Below, one piece after another: positions 9,351 to 19,452 of a DNA stretch of 64,000 bases. The position numbers and the translations under genes were made by a program. The notes below the pieces were generated by a model. That model worked only from the letters and a program-made list of their open reading frames with translations, did not search any database and had not been told where the DNA came from. This DNA is from Barthelona sp. PCE (taxonomy: Eukaryota): NCBI GenBank assembly GCA_040285745.1, contig JAUFOR010000002.1:310001-374000 (forward strand), given 5' to 3'. The first letter of the stretch is position 1, and every line of letters starts with the position of its first letter.

Positions 9351-9538
9351 CAAAAATTGCTGAATCGAGGATAGAGGACAAAACAATATACAGTTCCAAA
9401 AGTCTCAATATGTTTTCCAATTGTTTGGGGCGCGTTTGAGCTTTGATAGACTGCAAAATCCAGATAAATGAGCCATATACGGTTACACATATGCTTATCC
9501 AAATCTCACCATTCCCAAAAACTAGGAATCATTTTTGA

Positions 9539-10189
9539 ATGAGTTCTACTTCCGCAATCCACATGATAGGGGGCGAATCGTTCACTGAAGCAGAGAAAAT
9601 GAACCTTAACGAACATCCATTTTTTGAGGGGCTTCCCAGTTGTAGTTTGTGTCCTAACATTCCTAAGCTGCGGGCAAAGGGGTTCACAGAGCTTATTTCA
9701 TTTCACCAATTGTGTTCAGGATACGACCCTAACGATTTTTCTATCAACTATTTGAACACGATTAAAACAAACACACATCATCTGGTTGAGCAAATGAAAG
9801 AGGGCACCCACAGAAGGATACCGTCAAAGCATTATATGAGTGCAGGAAAAATCAAGCAGGCAACAAACATTGGTATTAACGTATGTAGTTGCCCATCTAA
9901 TGCTGTTGATGTTGGTTTTGCTTTAAAGAAGGCGCTCGAGGCCATGGGTAAGAACTGTACTGTGCTGTATATGGGCGGCCTAGACGAAGATAGAGTTGGA
10001 AATCACTATAAGTTGGATTGTATAATTGTAGTAGGGTGTTATGAAACGTTGGCTGAGGTATATACACGTCGTTTAGATATTGATCCACCACTTTACACCA
10101 TCTTGGATGCACTTTTAGCACTGGAAAAGATTCCTTTTGATTCAAAAATGGACTTTCCACATCACACATGGTTAGAACTACTAGAGTAA
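9539..10189 (+). CDS. DPH2: Diphthamide biosynthesis DPH2-like protein, short
   Basis: IGINV...LKKALEAMGKNCTVLYMG...GNHYKLDCIIVVGCYE...PLYTILDALLAL resembles the DPH2 C-terminal domain. Confidence 0.65.
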   Translation: MSSTSAIHMIGGESFTEAEKMNLNEHPFFEGLPSCSLCPNIPKLRAKGFTELISFHQLCSGYDPNDFSINYLNTIKTNTHHLVEQMKEGTHRRIPSKHYMSAGKIKQATNIGINVCSCPSNAVDVGFALKKALEAMGKNCTVLYMGGLDEDRVGNHYKLDCIIVVGCYETLAEVYTRRLDIDPPLYTILDALLALEKIPFDSKMDFPHHTWLELLE

Positions 10190-10258
10190 ATTGCATACTA
10201 TTATCTTCCTTTTCACACTTTTTTTTTGGACTACAGAGGGTTAAGTTTTGATGCAAAA

Positions 10259-13200
10259 ATGAGAGGACCACTAGATGATTTGAATTTGGGCTGGATGAAG
10301 CCTCTTTCATTGTTGCAGACGTTTGCAGACTTTGAGATGATAAATATAGCCGTGTACCAATGCAAGGGTGTATCGGACGTTGTATTTGAACGATTATGTC
10401 AAGCTATAGAGACATGTTTTGTTCAAATCGAACGTTCTCAAGATCTACCACCATTACGTCTTCGTTTGTTACGTAACGTGGTACTCAGCTCACGTGATAG
10501 GGACCAGTCATATCAGGATATATTTGCTTCCCTGCGTATTCATGGATTTATTCTTGTACGAGATCATTCAAAGCTTTCTAATGAAGATCTAGAGATTGTG
10601 CTGCACGAGATCGACAACCACATGTATCATTCAGAAAGCACTGATGAGCACATTGTTCGGTTAACGATGTCCATTGTGGATGAGTTAGCCCCAGGATTGT
10701 CCTTTAATGTGAATGATTTCTTATTGGAGGAACGCTTGTTTTCTACTTCCCAGGAAGATGAGCTCCATATCGGAATCACAAACGAACTCAATAGATGTAT
10801 AGATGAGCTGATCAAGCAACTATTTCAGGGGTTTTCGATTATTATAAAGAAGCTTGATGATAGCAAAGTTCATCCTCTGTTTTATGACTCAGAGATCAAC
10901 TTAAGTGATCAGCGCAGATTCGCAAAGAGATACAGACATGCGAGAGTTAAGAAGCTTATTGGTGATTACAGACTGCTCTTGGGTGAATACTCTTTGGCAT
11001 ATGATTGCTACATTGAGAGTTTCCAAAATTTCAACCAAGAGGACGATGTTTTCTTGAGTAGCACCCTCATGTGTATCAGTGCAGTGTCTTATGCAACGAG
11101 GATGGAGGAATTTGCGGTACACAGAAAGCTGCGCGTCAACAATCTCGGTGTTTCACCTGCTGACACACTAGCGATGATCATTGACCGAACAAAGATATCG
11201 GTGCGCCGCCTTAAGGATTTGAACTACAGTGAACTGGCATCTTGTTACTATTTACTCACCGCTGATATTGTAGGCGCGTTTTTCCCTCTTATCAAGAATG
11301 ACCTTGATTCGCTGAAGGTAGTGGATACAGAAGAGAAGGAGCAGATTGTGAAGCTCTTGACTTCCAGCACAGGTCACATGAACCGACATTTCGTTGTGAT
11401 GGACATGGTCAATAGTGCCATCTCTTGTGCACCAGAACCTGTTCTTGCAAAGACTTATCAGAGAGCAGCAGCAGTGTGCAAAAAACATGAAATGGCGCAG
11501 AGGCACCAGAACTTTTTCCTTTCAAGTGCAGCGAAACTTCTTCTTCATTCTCGTCCGAACATGTCTATTCACATTATCGAGAGGGTGAGCGACTTTTACG
11601 GGTTCACACTTGGTCAAACCAAGTACTATTGGCCCTCACTGGTCTCCAGCCTTCTTAGTACGTTGTGTAAGGCGTACGTAACAGCAGAAGTGCATGATTT
11701 CACCATAGCTACGTTTTACGCTCTCAGAAGGCTTCAGTTAACCCACTACGATATGGCACGTGATGATCAGCTCTCTTTCCTGAACTCGTTCCGAACCTAT
11801 GTCTCTCAGCTTTCTTTGGAGCCAATTTTCACAAACCTGCTTCCGATCGTGTACAGCATCAGCATATGTAAGAGTCAAACAGATGTCCAGTACAGACAGG
11901 AAGCTTTTGAGCACGAGGACGCCAGACCAATATTCATCAGTCGTGAGCGCTGGACAGAGTCAAAGGCGTCTGTTATAACTGTTGATTCCGTCATTCCTAT
12001 TAGCATTTGGGTTACAAACCCGTTCAAGTTTGATCTTGTTTTGCAGTATATCGGACTCAATGTTTGTATTGCGGAGACTGACGAGGAGGCGAAATATTCG
12101 TTTCTAACACCAAGGATGCCAATCTTGAAACCCGGTGAGCGGAAAATGATGACACTCAAGTTCATACCACAGCAGGTTGGTGAGATTGTGCTGAAAAGTC
12201 TTATTTTGCAAACGTTAAATGTCAGACTTCAATATTTTATTTGCCCCAATGGAGCCTTTATTACTGACCAGCACAGGGTGTTAGCGCCAGAAGAAATTGG
12301 TTTTAAGTGGACGGTTCTCGAGCCGTTGCCTGTTCTTTCTTTTTCCTTCCAAAATTGGGAGGCGGATTTAATGCCATCAGCGGTGAAAGAGGTGTTGTTA
12401 CCGATTACGAACATGGGACCTGGTGTTGTCAGATGGTTTGAGATTAAACAGCGTGTTTTCACGAAGAAAGGACTTATTGTGATGTTAAAAACCCCGAAAG
12501 AGGTACTAGAGCGTCCTATTCCACCGTTTTCCACACTATATCTCGAGTTTGACATTTCACTTCAGAATGAAACGGTTGATGTTGGTGAGGCCAGCATGGA
12601 TATCATGTACTCGCACTCTCATAACGCCCCAATCTACCGAACGATGAAACTAAGCTTTGTGGGAACCCGCATAACAGATGAATGTGAGTCTCCTAACCTG
12701 GAGTTTGTTCCAATGTGTCTATCGTGTCAATTTGTTATTCTTCGTGTGACAAACCATTCAAACAAGACCGTTATGTACGAATATGGTAACTATCGCATAT
12801 CTGCAGTCGGGGATATGACAGTTCAACTTGTTGTCAACACTTCTAACCCAGTTATCACCTACCGTATCTTGAATGGGTATGAAAACCACACAGGGCAATA
12901 CACAGTGACCAACATAGACGAACTAAAGCAAACACTACCAAAAATGGCATTATGTTCTTCAGTATTTCCACTTTTAAACACAAAGTTCACTTCACTTAGT
13001 TTCAATGGACGATTTTGGTACTGTCCTGGACAGAAATGGAGCAAACATGATATTCTGGAGTGCACTTTCAAGGATTCACTAAAGCCTCTCTTTCCCTTAC
13101 AGATATCATTATGTTCGAGATTGGCGGTGATTCTTGGATCTCATATCATCAATTCACATTCTGACCTGTTGCGCATTAAGTTCTTTTCGCCTGGTACGTA

Positions 13201-13273
13201 CATGTTAGTTGTTTATACGAATAGTAATCATAAAGAAGAAGAAGTTTTTGAGTTTTGCATTTCTGTTGAATAA
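10259..13273 (+). CDS. TRAPPC9: TRAPPII subunit TRAPPC9/Trs120-like
   Basis: ARVKKLIGDYRLLLGEYSLA...DDVFLSSTL TPR motif, WPSL, VTNPFKFDL, Ig-like C-terminal region, about 1000 aa. Confidence 0.75.
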   Translation: MRGPLDDLNLGWMKPLSLLQTFADFEMINIAVYQCKGVSDVVFERLCQAIETCFVQIERSQDLPPLRLRLLRNVVLSSRDRDQSYQDIFASLRIHGFILVRDHSKLSNEDLEIVLHEIDNHMYHSESTDEHIVRLTMSIVDELAPGLSFNVNDFLLEERLFSTSQEDELHIGITNELNRCIDELIKQLFQGFSIIIKKLDDSKVHPLFYDSEINLSDQRRFAKRYRHARVKKLIGDYRLLLGEYSLAYDCYIESFQNFNQEDDVFLSSTLMCISAVSYATRMEEFAVHRKLRVNNLGVSPADTLAMIIDRTKISVRRLKDLNYSELASCYYLLTADIVGAFFPLIKNDLDSLKVVDTEEKEQIVKLLTSSTGHMNRHFVVMDMVNSAISCAPEPVLAKTYQRAAAVCKKHEMAQRHQNFFLSSAAKLLLHSRPNMSIHIIERVSDFYGFTLGQTKYYWPSLVSSLLSTLCKAYVTAEVHDFTIATFYALRRLQLTHYDMARDDQLSFLNSFRTYVSQLSLEPIFTNLLPIVYSISICKSQTDVQYRQEAFEHEDARPIFISRERWTESKASVITVDSVIPISIWVTNPFKFDLVLQYIGLNVCIAETDEEAKYSFLTPRMPILKPGERKMMTLKFIPQQVGEIVLKSLILQTLNVRLQYFICPNGAFITDQHRVLAPEEIGFKWTVLEPLPVLSFSFQNWEADLMPSAVKEVLLPITNMGPGVVRWFEIKQRVFTKKGLIVMLKTPKEVLERPIPPFSTLYLEFDISLQNETVDVGEASMDIMYSHSHNAPIYRTMKLSFVGTRITDECESPNLEFVPMCLSCQFVILRVTNHSNKTVMYEYGNYRISAVGDMTVQLVVNTSNPVITYRILNGYENHTGQYTVTNIDELKQTLPKMALCSSVFPLLNTKFTSLSFNGRFWYCPGQKWSKHDILECTFKDSLKPLFPLQISLCSRLAVILGSHIINSHSDLLRIKFFSPGTYMLVVYTNSNHKEEEVFEFCISVE

Positions 13274-13296
13274 AAGAATTATTTACATATATAATG

Positions 13297-14289
13297 TCAC
13301 AAACCCTCTGTGAAATGTACGTCACCCTTAGCATTTGCAACTGCAATCGATGCATCATTGTTAGGTGCCTGAACATAACCAGTAAATGTTGTAGCGGTCT
13401 GAGAAGTGAAGTGAACGTCTGAAACTGTAGAATTATGATAAACAAAGTTGCCCTTTGCCAATGAGAGGTCGAAACTGAAGGGTGTATCATGATAAGTACC
13501 CGTAGTGAAAGTACCCTTAACAATTTTGATGTCTAAGCATTGATCCTGGAATTTTGCAACAGTTACGTCACCATGATTCATGTGCAACTCAGTACATATG
13601 TTTCCATTGACATTAATGAGTTCTTTAATAGAAATATGACCAGAAACTGCGTTGATCTTCAAACGCTCAACGAACTTGACCTCATCAACATCAACAACGC
13701 ATCCTATCGTTTCAACGTTTATAACGTTGGCAGTAGGGTATGTGCCGACAAACGCATCATTTAAATCTATACCAACGTTTTTGTTGTGAGGATTGCTGAT
13801 GATCATAATATCAACATCATCGATATTCATAGATATGGGAATCTCAATGATAACCTCCTCAATAGAGCATTGTTTGAAACGTTTGAAATAATTAATGGAT
13901 TTTTGACTGATCTCAAACGTTCTAGGATCCTTATGAATGAATTCAATCATACTTTCATCAGTGCTATAACGACTAGTCACGTTAACTCTTAATAAAGATG
14001 ATCCAGTTCTGACAAACTTGACAGATCCCGAGAACATTCTAACTTTAATGTTGTAGCTTTTAACTTGATCAATGGTGTATACTTTCTCTAAATGAGAAGT
14101 GTAAGGCATAGTACCGTAGCATGCATTCATACCAGAAAAGATGACTGGAAAGGATACAATCACTAAAATGAACAAAATACACCATGTGATGCAACAACAG
14201 CCCGAACAGCAATTCTTCTTTTTTGGGAGTTGAACTTGAATCTGTGAAGGCTCAACAAGAGGTGCTTCATCAACAACTTGGCTGTACAT
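13297..14289 (-). CDS. Type II membrane protein with Cys-rich juxtamembrane segment and putative adhesin-like (DUF4097-like) beta domain
   Basis: KKKNCCSGCCCITWC followed by one TM; repeated xxGxVxV beta motifs (FSGSVKF, VSGHISI, NHGDVTV, AKGDVHF). Confidence 0.55.
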   Translation of the reverse strand: MYSQVVDEAPLVEPSQIQVQLPKKKNCCSGCCCITWCILFILVIVSFPVIFSGMNACYGTMPYTSHLEKVYTIDQVKSYNIKVRMFSGSVKFVRTGSSLLRVNVTSRYSTDESMIEFIHKDPRTFEISQKSINYFKRFKQCSIEEVIIEIPISMNIDDVDIMIISNPHNKNVGIDLNDAFVGTYPTANVINVETIGCVVDVDEVKFVERLKINAVSGHISIKELINVNGNICTELHMNHGDVTVAKFQDQCLDIKIVKGTFTTGTYHDTPFSFDLSLAKGNFVYHNSTVSDVHFTSQTATTFTGYVQAPNNDASIAVANAKGDVHFTEGL

Positions 14290-14471
14290 GTTTGTAAAAA
14301 ATCGAAATAGTTATAGAAAAGGAGAAGAAATGTAAAACAAAAAATATAGCAAATTTGTCATTGCAATGCTCAATGTTGTCCCAAATTATATCACGAAATT
14401 CATTGTTTTTTTCCAATAAGCAAATGAAGCAATGGTTTGGCTTTCTTTACTTATTCCTTTCTCTTTTCACC

Positions 14472-15389
14472 ATGAACACACCGTATGTTAGTTCGGTGCG
14501 TTCAAGTCCGTACACATGTTGTAAGATAGATCCATCTCTAACGTTGATTGCGGCAGGGAGTAGCGATGGTTCATTGGGAGTTTACGATTTTGATTTAAAA
14601 TTGCGCTATGCACTCACAGGCCACCACAGGGGCGTCACGTGCTTAACATTCAACCCTGTATCACATCACCTTGTGTTGAGCGGTTCCGATGATTGTCACG
14701 CGATTTTGTGGGATCTTCGCAAGAAGCAGGCGGTATTTACAGCTCGTGGGCACAACTCGTACATCCTTGATGTTGATTTCCATCCACATGGATCGGTTTT
14801 TGCAACAGCTTCAAACGATGAAACGGTTTGTCTTTGGGATGTTCGTTCAGGTAATAAGCTTCGAACGCTAGAGGCTCACACAGATGCAGTGAATACAGTG
14901 AACTTCTCAAGGGATGGCACATGTTTATTGACAAGCAGTTATGAAGGACATATTCGTATTTGGGAAACTTCAACTGGCAGATGTCTACAAACACTACTGA
15001 ATGACGGTACAGGCCCATGCTCTTTTGCGAGCTTCTCCCCCAACGAGAAGTACTGCCTTGTGGGCACAACAGAAGAAGTGTCATTGTGGGATCTAAGAGG
15101 AGAACTATTGCGCAAACTTCCGGAGATTGGGCGAAGTGATTATTTGACTAATTCTGTGTTTGTGGATGCGCCTGGAACCCAATTCGGTAACGATGTATGG
15201 TGTGTAATTGGGGTTAATGAAGACGACCAGCTTGTATTGGTTGATGTTGATAACAATGCAGTTTTAGAAACAGCAACTTTAGATTTCACACCAATTTGCT
15301 TGGATATGGTCGATAACTCACTTGTTGTATGTGGATTTTCTGAACAAGGTAAGGGATATTTGCAATGTTATGAAACATTGTTTGAATAA
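14472..15389 (+). CDS. WDR5: WD40 protein, WDR5/Swd3-like (COMPASS)
   Basis: TLEAHTDAVNTVNFSRDGTCLLTSSYEGHIRIWETSTGRCLQTL...SFASFSPNEKY closely parallels WDR5; start taken at MNTPYV. Confidence 0.7.
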   Translation: MNTPYVSSVRSSPYTCCKIDPSLTLIAAGSSDGSLGVYDFDLKLRYALTGHHRGVTCLTFNPVSHHLVLSGSDDCHAILWDLRKKQAVFTARGHNSYILDVDFHPHGSVFATASNDETVCLWDVRSGNKLRTLEAHTDAVNTVNFSRDGTCLLTSSYEGHIRIWETSTGRCLQTLLNDGTGPCSFASFSPNEKYCLVGTTEEVSLWDLRGELLRKLPEIGRSDYLTNSVFVDAPGTQFGNDVWCVIGVNEDDQLVLVDVDNNAVLETATLDFTPICLDMVDNSLVVCGFSEQGKGYLQCYETLFE

Positions 15390-15392
15390 TTT

Positions 15393-15704
15393 TCAAGTTA
15401 TTTTACGTGTTTTAAAGCGGAAGATCTTTGAGTTCAACTCACAATACTTGTTGTGATATAGAGTATTGATGTTTAACGTTTTTGTTTCAAAAGTGTAATC
15501 AATAATAATATTTGCACTTCTATATGATGCCTTGTCGTGCAGATGTATGGACTCTGCCCCTTTAATTATTTGTTCAATCGAGAAAAGGAATTCAGCCTGG
15601 ATTGCGGTTTCTGCAAACCATTCTCTTGAACCATTTTTATCCTTTTTGATCTTATTTTTGAACATGGTGATGTGAGAGTCCCCCTTTATCTGAAGAAATT
15701 GCAT
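15393..15704 (-). CDS. Hypothetical protein, 103 aa
   Basis: ATG-started ORF filling the gap between two genes, convergent with WDR5 at a 3-nt gap; no motif recognised. Confidence 0.45.
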   Translation of the reverse strand: MQFLQIKGDSHITMFKNKIKKDKNGSREWFAETAIQAEFLFSIEQIIKGAESIHLHDKASYRSANIIIDYTFETKTLNINTLYHNKYCELNSKIFRFKTRKIT

Positions 15705-15768
15705 TTTAGTTGTAAAAAAGGTGATAATTCACAGAACACCCTTTCTTTCATCTTAATGATATAATTAC

Positions 15769-18700
15769 ATGAGCGATAAGACATACGAATGGTTTTCAGC
15801 GATAATAGAGAGCCAGAGTGATGATTTAGCCGTTTTTGAAGGCTATGCTTCAGAATCTGTGTTTCATGTTGAAGCAGAATTTAAAAAGCATGATGTTCTC
15901 GTCTCAGAGGACAAGGTAGTTTCTATTTTATGTCTCAATGGTGATTTAACAAACACAAATGTTAATATTCGATCCTATCTTCTGGGAATATTTGGGGAGC
16001 TTTATAATACAAAAGAGATTGCGTTCTCAGACGCCGATGAGCGTACTGTGGAAGATAATGGTGAACAGATAAGTGTGTATAAATTACCACTAGGATCACT
16101 GCATCAGCATCATTATTTAGGATTACCGACCCTCGAGGCCAGCTTTTCCAGCAATAACAAGTATTTTTTTATGTTTTCCCATCCAAGATATTCATTTTTG
16201 AGTCTGATAAGATATTGTCAAAATTCAACCACCGTCATTCGTTCTTCAGATTCGATCAGTTGGTTACTCTACCAGCTTCACAACGTAATGCAGCACCTGC
16301 TATCAATTGGATTCAATCTGCCATACCTTTGGATTGATACCTGTTTCGTTAACGAAATGGGGATAGTGTACTGCACAGGTTTCCTGCCTACTCTTTTTTA
16401 CAATCATGACAGCGAGTCGGTGCAAGACAGCGACGATAGGCTGCTTAAGGATGTGTTTATTGATTGGCATAGTGAGAATATTTCAAATTTTGATTATCTG
16501 ATTTTCATCAATGAGCTCGCCAACAGAGAGCCAAATAACCCTTTCAGGAGCGCTATTCTGCCCTGGGTAACCGATTTCAAAGGCGGGCAGCGTGATCTGA
16601 CCAAGTCAAAGAACAGACTGCACAGGGGCGATCTTCACCTCGAAGCATTAGAGCAGACGACGGGTTACCACATTGAGGAGCCCATCAGCGATCTCACATG
16701 GTTCACAATCATGTCACGCATTGCAACAGAACGTCAATTGAAGATATGGGTCCGTTCCAAATTCAGTGTCGGCGAATATCCTGATTCTTTCGCAAAGATA
16801 TACAGCGCGACACCAGACGAGGCTATTCCGGAGCTGTATAGCGACGTAACACTCTTGGAGTCAAAACATGAGGGTATGCCAGATATGTCCATACCTGAAT
16901 TCATTAGGAAGAAGGAGGGTCAGACCGACGGAGAGGCATTCATTGAGTGGCACAGCGCGCTTCTTGAATCTGATTCGGTCTCTGATAGCATTCATCACTG
17001 GATAGATTTGAACTTCGGCAGATTACTGAACGATGATGATTTGGGTCGGAGCCACTTGAACGTTGCAAGTCAGTTCGTTGTCCAGGGCCTCAAGTGGCGA
17101 GGTTTTGAGCGATTATTTTTATTGTCACATCCTTCCAAGAACTGTAATCTGTCTGACAAGACAGTTATGGAGTTTTTAAGAGAATACGGTTCGCTCAACA
17201 AACGTCCTAATTTAAACTCGCTCATTCATCAGAGTGAGAAGGACAAATTCATTGATATCGCGTTCGAACTCATGTTCTCTAAACCACGCAGTTCACAAAC
17301 ATCATACAGAGAGAGGTTGGTGTTATCAACACTTGAATCTGCAGATTTCACCGAGTCGTTCTTCCCTAAACAGCACGAGCTTGCATATTCTGTTGTTTTT
17401 GATTTTATGACCAAGTTTAACAAATCTTTTTGCACATACTCTGCGGAATCATCATTCGTTCTGCTGGATTCATCTAGATCGGCTCTTTCTGCTGCAATTA
17501 AACTTTCTCCGCTTCTAATGTTAAGCATTTTCGTTATACACCTTAAAGATGTTGGTGTTTTGCGATTGTTTGTCAGTGTATTGCCATTGTTTCAAACATT
17601 GCTCCCTGAAGATCGAATTCTCAGCATTTTTGCTAATCGTTTGCAGCATTATCAGGATAGTACAATACGCGAGAATGTATGCCATTATTTCTCAAGCACA
17701 TTCTTCAAACACATTCTTCGTTACTTCAACACCAATAATATTCTGCGAATCATTGTTTACCCTCTATGCGCATTGTATCATCGGTTCTTTGAGGAAGGTA
17801 GTGATGCTGGAATTACCCAACTTGCTCTAGTTCTTGAGGCTACATTCACATCAATATCACCTTCTTACTCAGTGCATTTGTTTGAAAGAATTTTTCAGGT
17901 AATGAATTCACCAACGAGCGTTCAACTTATCTTCAATGTTTGTGTTTTTTTCGGTCCTGTAGTTACAACTTACTCATTTATTCCCACGCTACTGGGTTTG
18001 GTCACATGTGATACACCTTCAAAGACAACAATATCGGTTGTTATCATGAATATTATCATTCAACTCATGAGCATTGTCAGAGTCACCACTCTCCCGGTCG
18101 TCTATCACAAAAAGATTATCCGCATTGTCAAGTACATCACCCAGGCTGTCGCAAGTAATAACGAAGCATTTGTTATGACAAGTTGTCGAATGCTCCTAGT
18201 GCTGCACACTTTTGTCGATCAGACATTTTGGGGTCGCTCTCTTGCTAAGGAGTTACCAACTCTTCAACTGCTACTTTCCAACGCACACAGTACACTCATT
18301 GCTGATTCTGTGATGAGTTTGGTGGTAAGCTTCCAGAAGGCTGCATTGAACACTTCACACATAACTAAAAGTCCATCACCGTCACCGCGCTCCCCCATCA
18401 TAACCGAATCGTTCTGGTCCAATGATGTGTCTACAATGACATCCTCATCGATTATTGATATTAATTACAATAGTGCATTTGATAACAGTTTCCAAGACTT
18501 TGAGAATCAATGGTTTCTAGATTTCGATCATGATCTGCCTGATTTGAAGACAGATGTTTTCCTCAACCATAACAGAGTTTTATACGGTCAGGTTTTGGCA
18601 CATGGAACGGTCCACAGTAATACGATAAATGATATTCAGTTTTCTAACGATGGTAGCGTATTCGCTTCGTATTCACATAAGACAAACATGGGTATTAGAT

Positions 18701-19452
18701 TGGCGCGAGCAAACTCCCACCTGGAAAAAATCCACGATTTCACTCTTTCGTGTTCAGGTTTCTGCTTCGGTCGCAATAATGTGTTATATAATTTAAGTGG
18801 TAGTTCATACTCAGTCTTGGACTACAGCTCGTTGAGCAAGATTCACGAAAGTGATGCATCTAATATCATTTCGTGTATCCACACGGCTAATGATTCAGTA
18901 TGGATGGGTGTACAAAACAATTTGTTGCAAACTGACATGCGCTGCAGAAACGATATGGTGATACAAACAGGAACACTCAGCCCCATCATCAGCATTGACT
19001 CATGCGGTAGCAATATACTCACACGTCACATCAATGGTGAGTTGCGTTTCTTCGACAACAGGCGCATGCAGGTTATGAAGTCGACTGTTGTCCCCAGGCT
19101 ACTTTGGGCAAAGTTCTCAGATGGTTCATCTGTGTATCTTGGTTTGCCGAGTGGAATTGGTTCACTCAAGATGGATAATATTAGTACCTCTGGTACATGC
19201 TCCATTAACACATATGGAATGTGCGACGCACCAACATTAATGTATTCTTCGCCAAACAACAGGAAATCGATTTTTACTGGAAGTACAACGGGACGCTTCT
19301 CACTGTTAACTATGGATGATTCCAAACTGAGAAAACAGCAGATCGAATCGAGTGTAAGAATCAAGGGCAACGCAACATGTGTCGCTGGTCATCCACACTT
19401 CTCCGTTTACGTCATTGGACATGACGATGGTAGGATTAAAATTGTGATGTGA
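15769..19452 (+). CDS. WDR81: BEACH + WD40 protein, WDR81/LvsG-like
   Basis: SNFDYLIFIN, ILPWVTDF, RDLTKSK, EYP...TPDEAIPELYSD, LESDSVSDSIHHWIDLNFG; C-terminal WD repeats. Confidence 0.85.
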   Translation: MSDKTYEWFSAIIESQSDDLAVFEGYASESVFHVEAEFKKHDVLVSEDKVVSILCLNGDLTNTNVNIRSYLLGIFGELYNTKEIAFSDADERTVEDNGEQISVYKLPLGSLHQHHYLGLPTLEASFSSNNKYFFMFSHPRYSFLSLIRYCQNSTTVIRSSDSISWLLYQLHNVMQHLLSIGFNLPYLWIDTCFVNEMGIVYCTGFLPTLFYNHDSESVQDSDDRLLKDVFIDWHSENISNFDYLIFINELANREPNNPFRSAILPWVTDFKGGQRDLTKSKNRLHRGDLHLEALEQTTGYHIEEPISDLTWFTIMSRIATERQLKIWVRSKFSVGEYPDSFAKIYSATPDEAIPELYSDVTLLESKHEGMPDMSIPEFIRKKEGQTDGEAFIEWHSALLESDSVSDSIHHWIDLNFGRLLNDDDLGRSHLNVASQFVVQGLKWRGFERLFLLSHPSKNCNLSDKTVMEFLREYGSLNKRPNLNSLIHQSEKDKFIDIAFELMFSKPRSSQTSYRERLVLSTLESADFTESFFPKQHELAYSVVFDFMTKFNKSFCTYSAESSFVLLDSSRSALSAAIKLSPLLMLSIFVIHLKDVGVLRLFVSVLPLFQTLLPEDRILSIFANRLQHYQDSTIRENVCHYFSSTFFKHILRYFNTNNILRIIVYPLCALYHRFFEEGSDAGITQLALVLEATFTSISPSYSVHLFERIFQVMNSPTSVQLIFNVCVFFGPVVTTYSFIPTLLGLVTCDTPSKTTISVVIMNIIIQLMSIVRVTTLPVVYHKKIIRIVKYITQAVASNNEAFVMTSCRMLLVLHTFVDQTFWGRSLAKELPTLQLLLSNAHSTLIADSVMSLVVSFQKAALNTSHITKSPSPSPRSPIITESFWSNDVSTMTSSSIIDINYNSAFDNSFQDFENQWFLDFDHDLPDLKTDVFLNHNRVLYGQVLAHGTVHSNTINDIQFSNDGSVFASYSHKTNMGIRLARANSHLEKIHDFTLSCSGFCFGRNNVLYNLSGSSYSVLDYSSLSKIHESDASNIISCIHTANDSVWMGVQNNLLQTDMRCRNDMVIQTGTLSPIISIDSCGSNILTRHINGELRFFDNRRMQVMKSTVVPRLLWAKFSDGSSVYLGLPSGIGSLKMDNISTSGTCSINTYGMCDAPTLMYSSPNNRKSIFTGSTTGRFSLLTMDDSKLRKQQIESSVRIKGNATCVAGHPHFSVYVIGHDDGRIKIVM

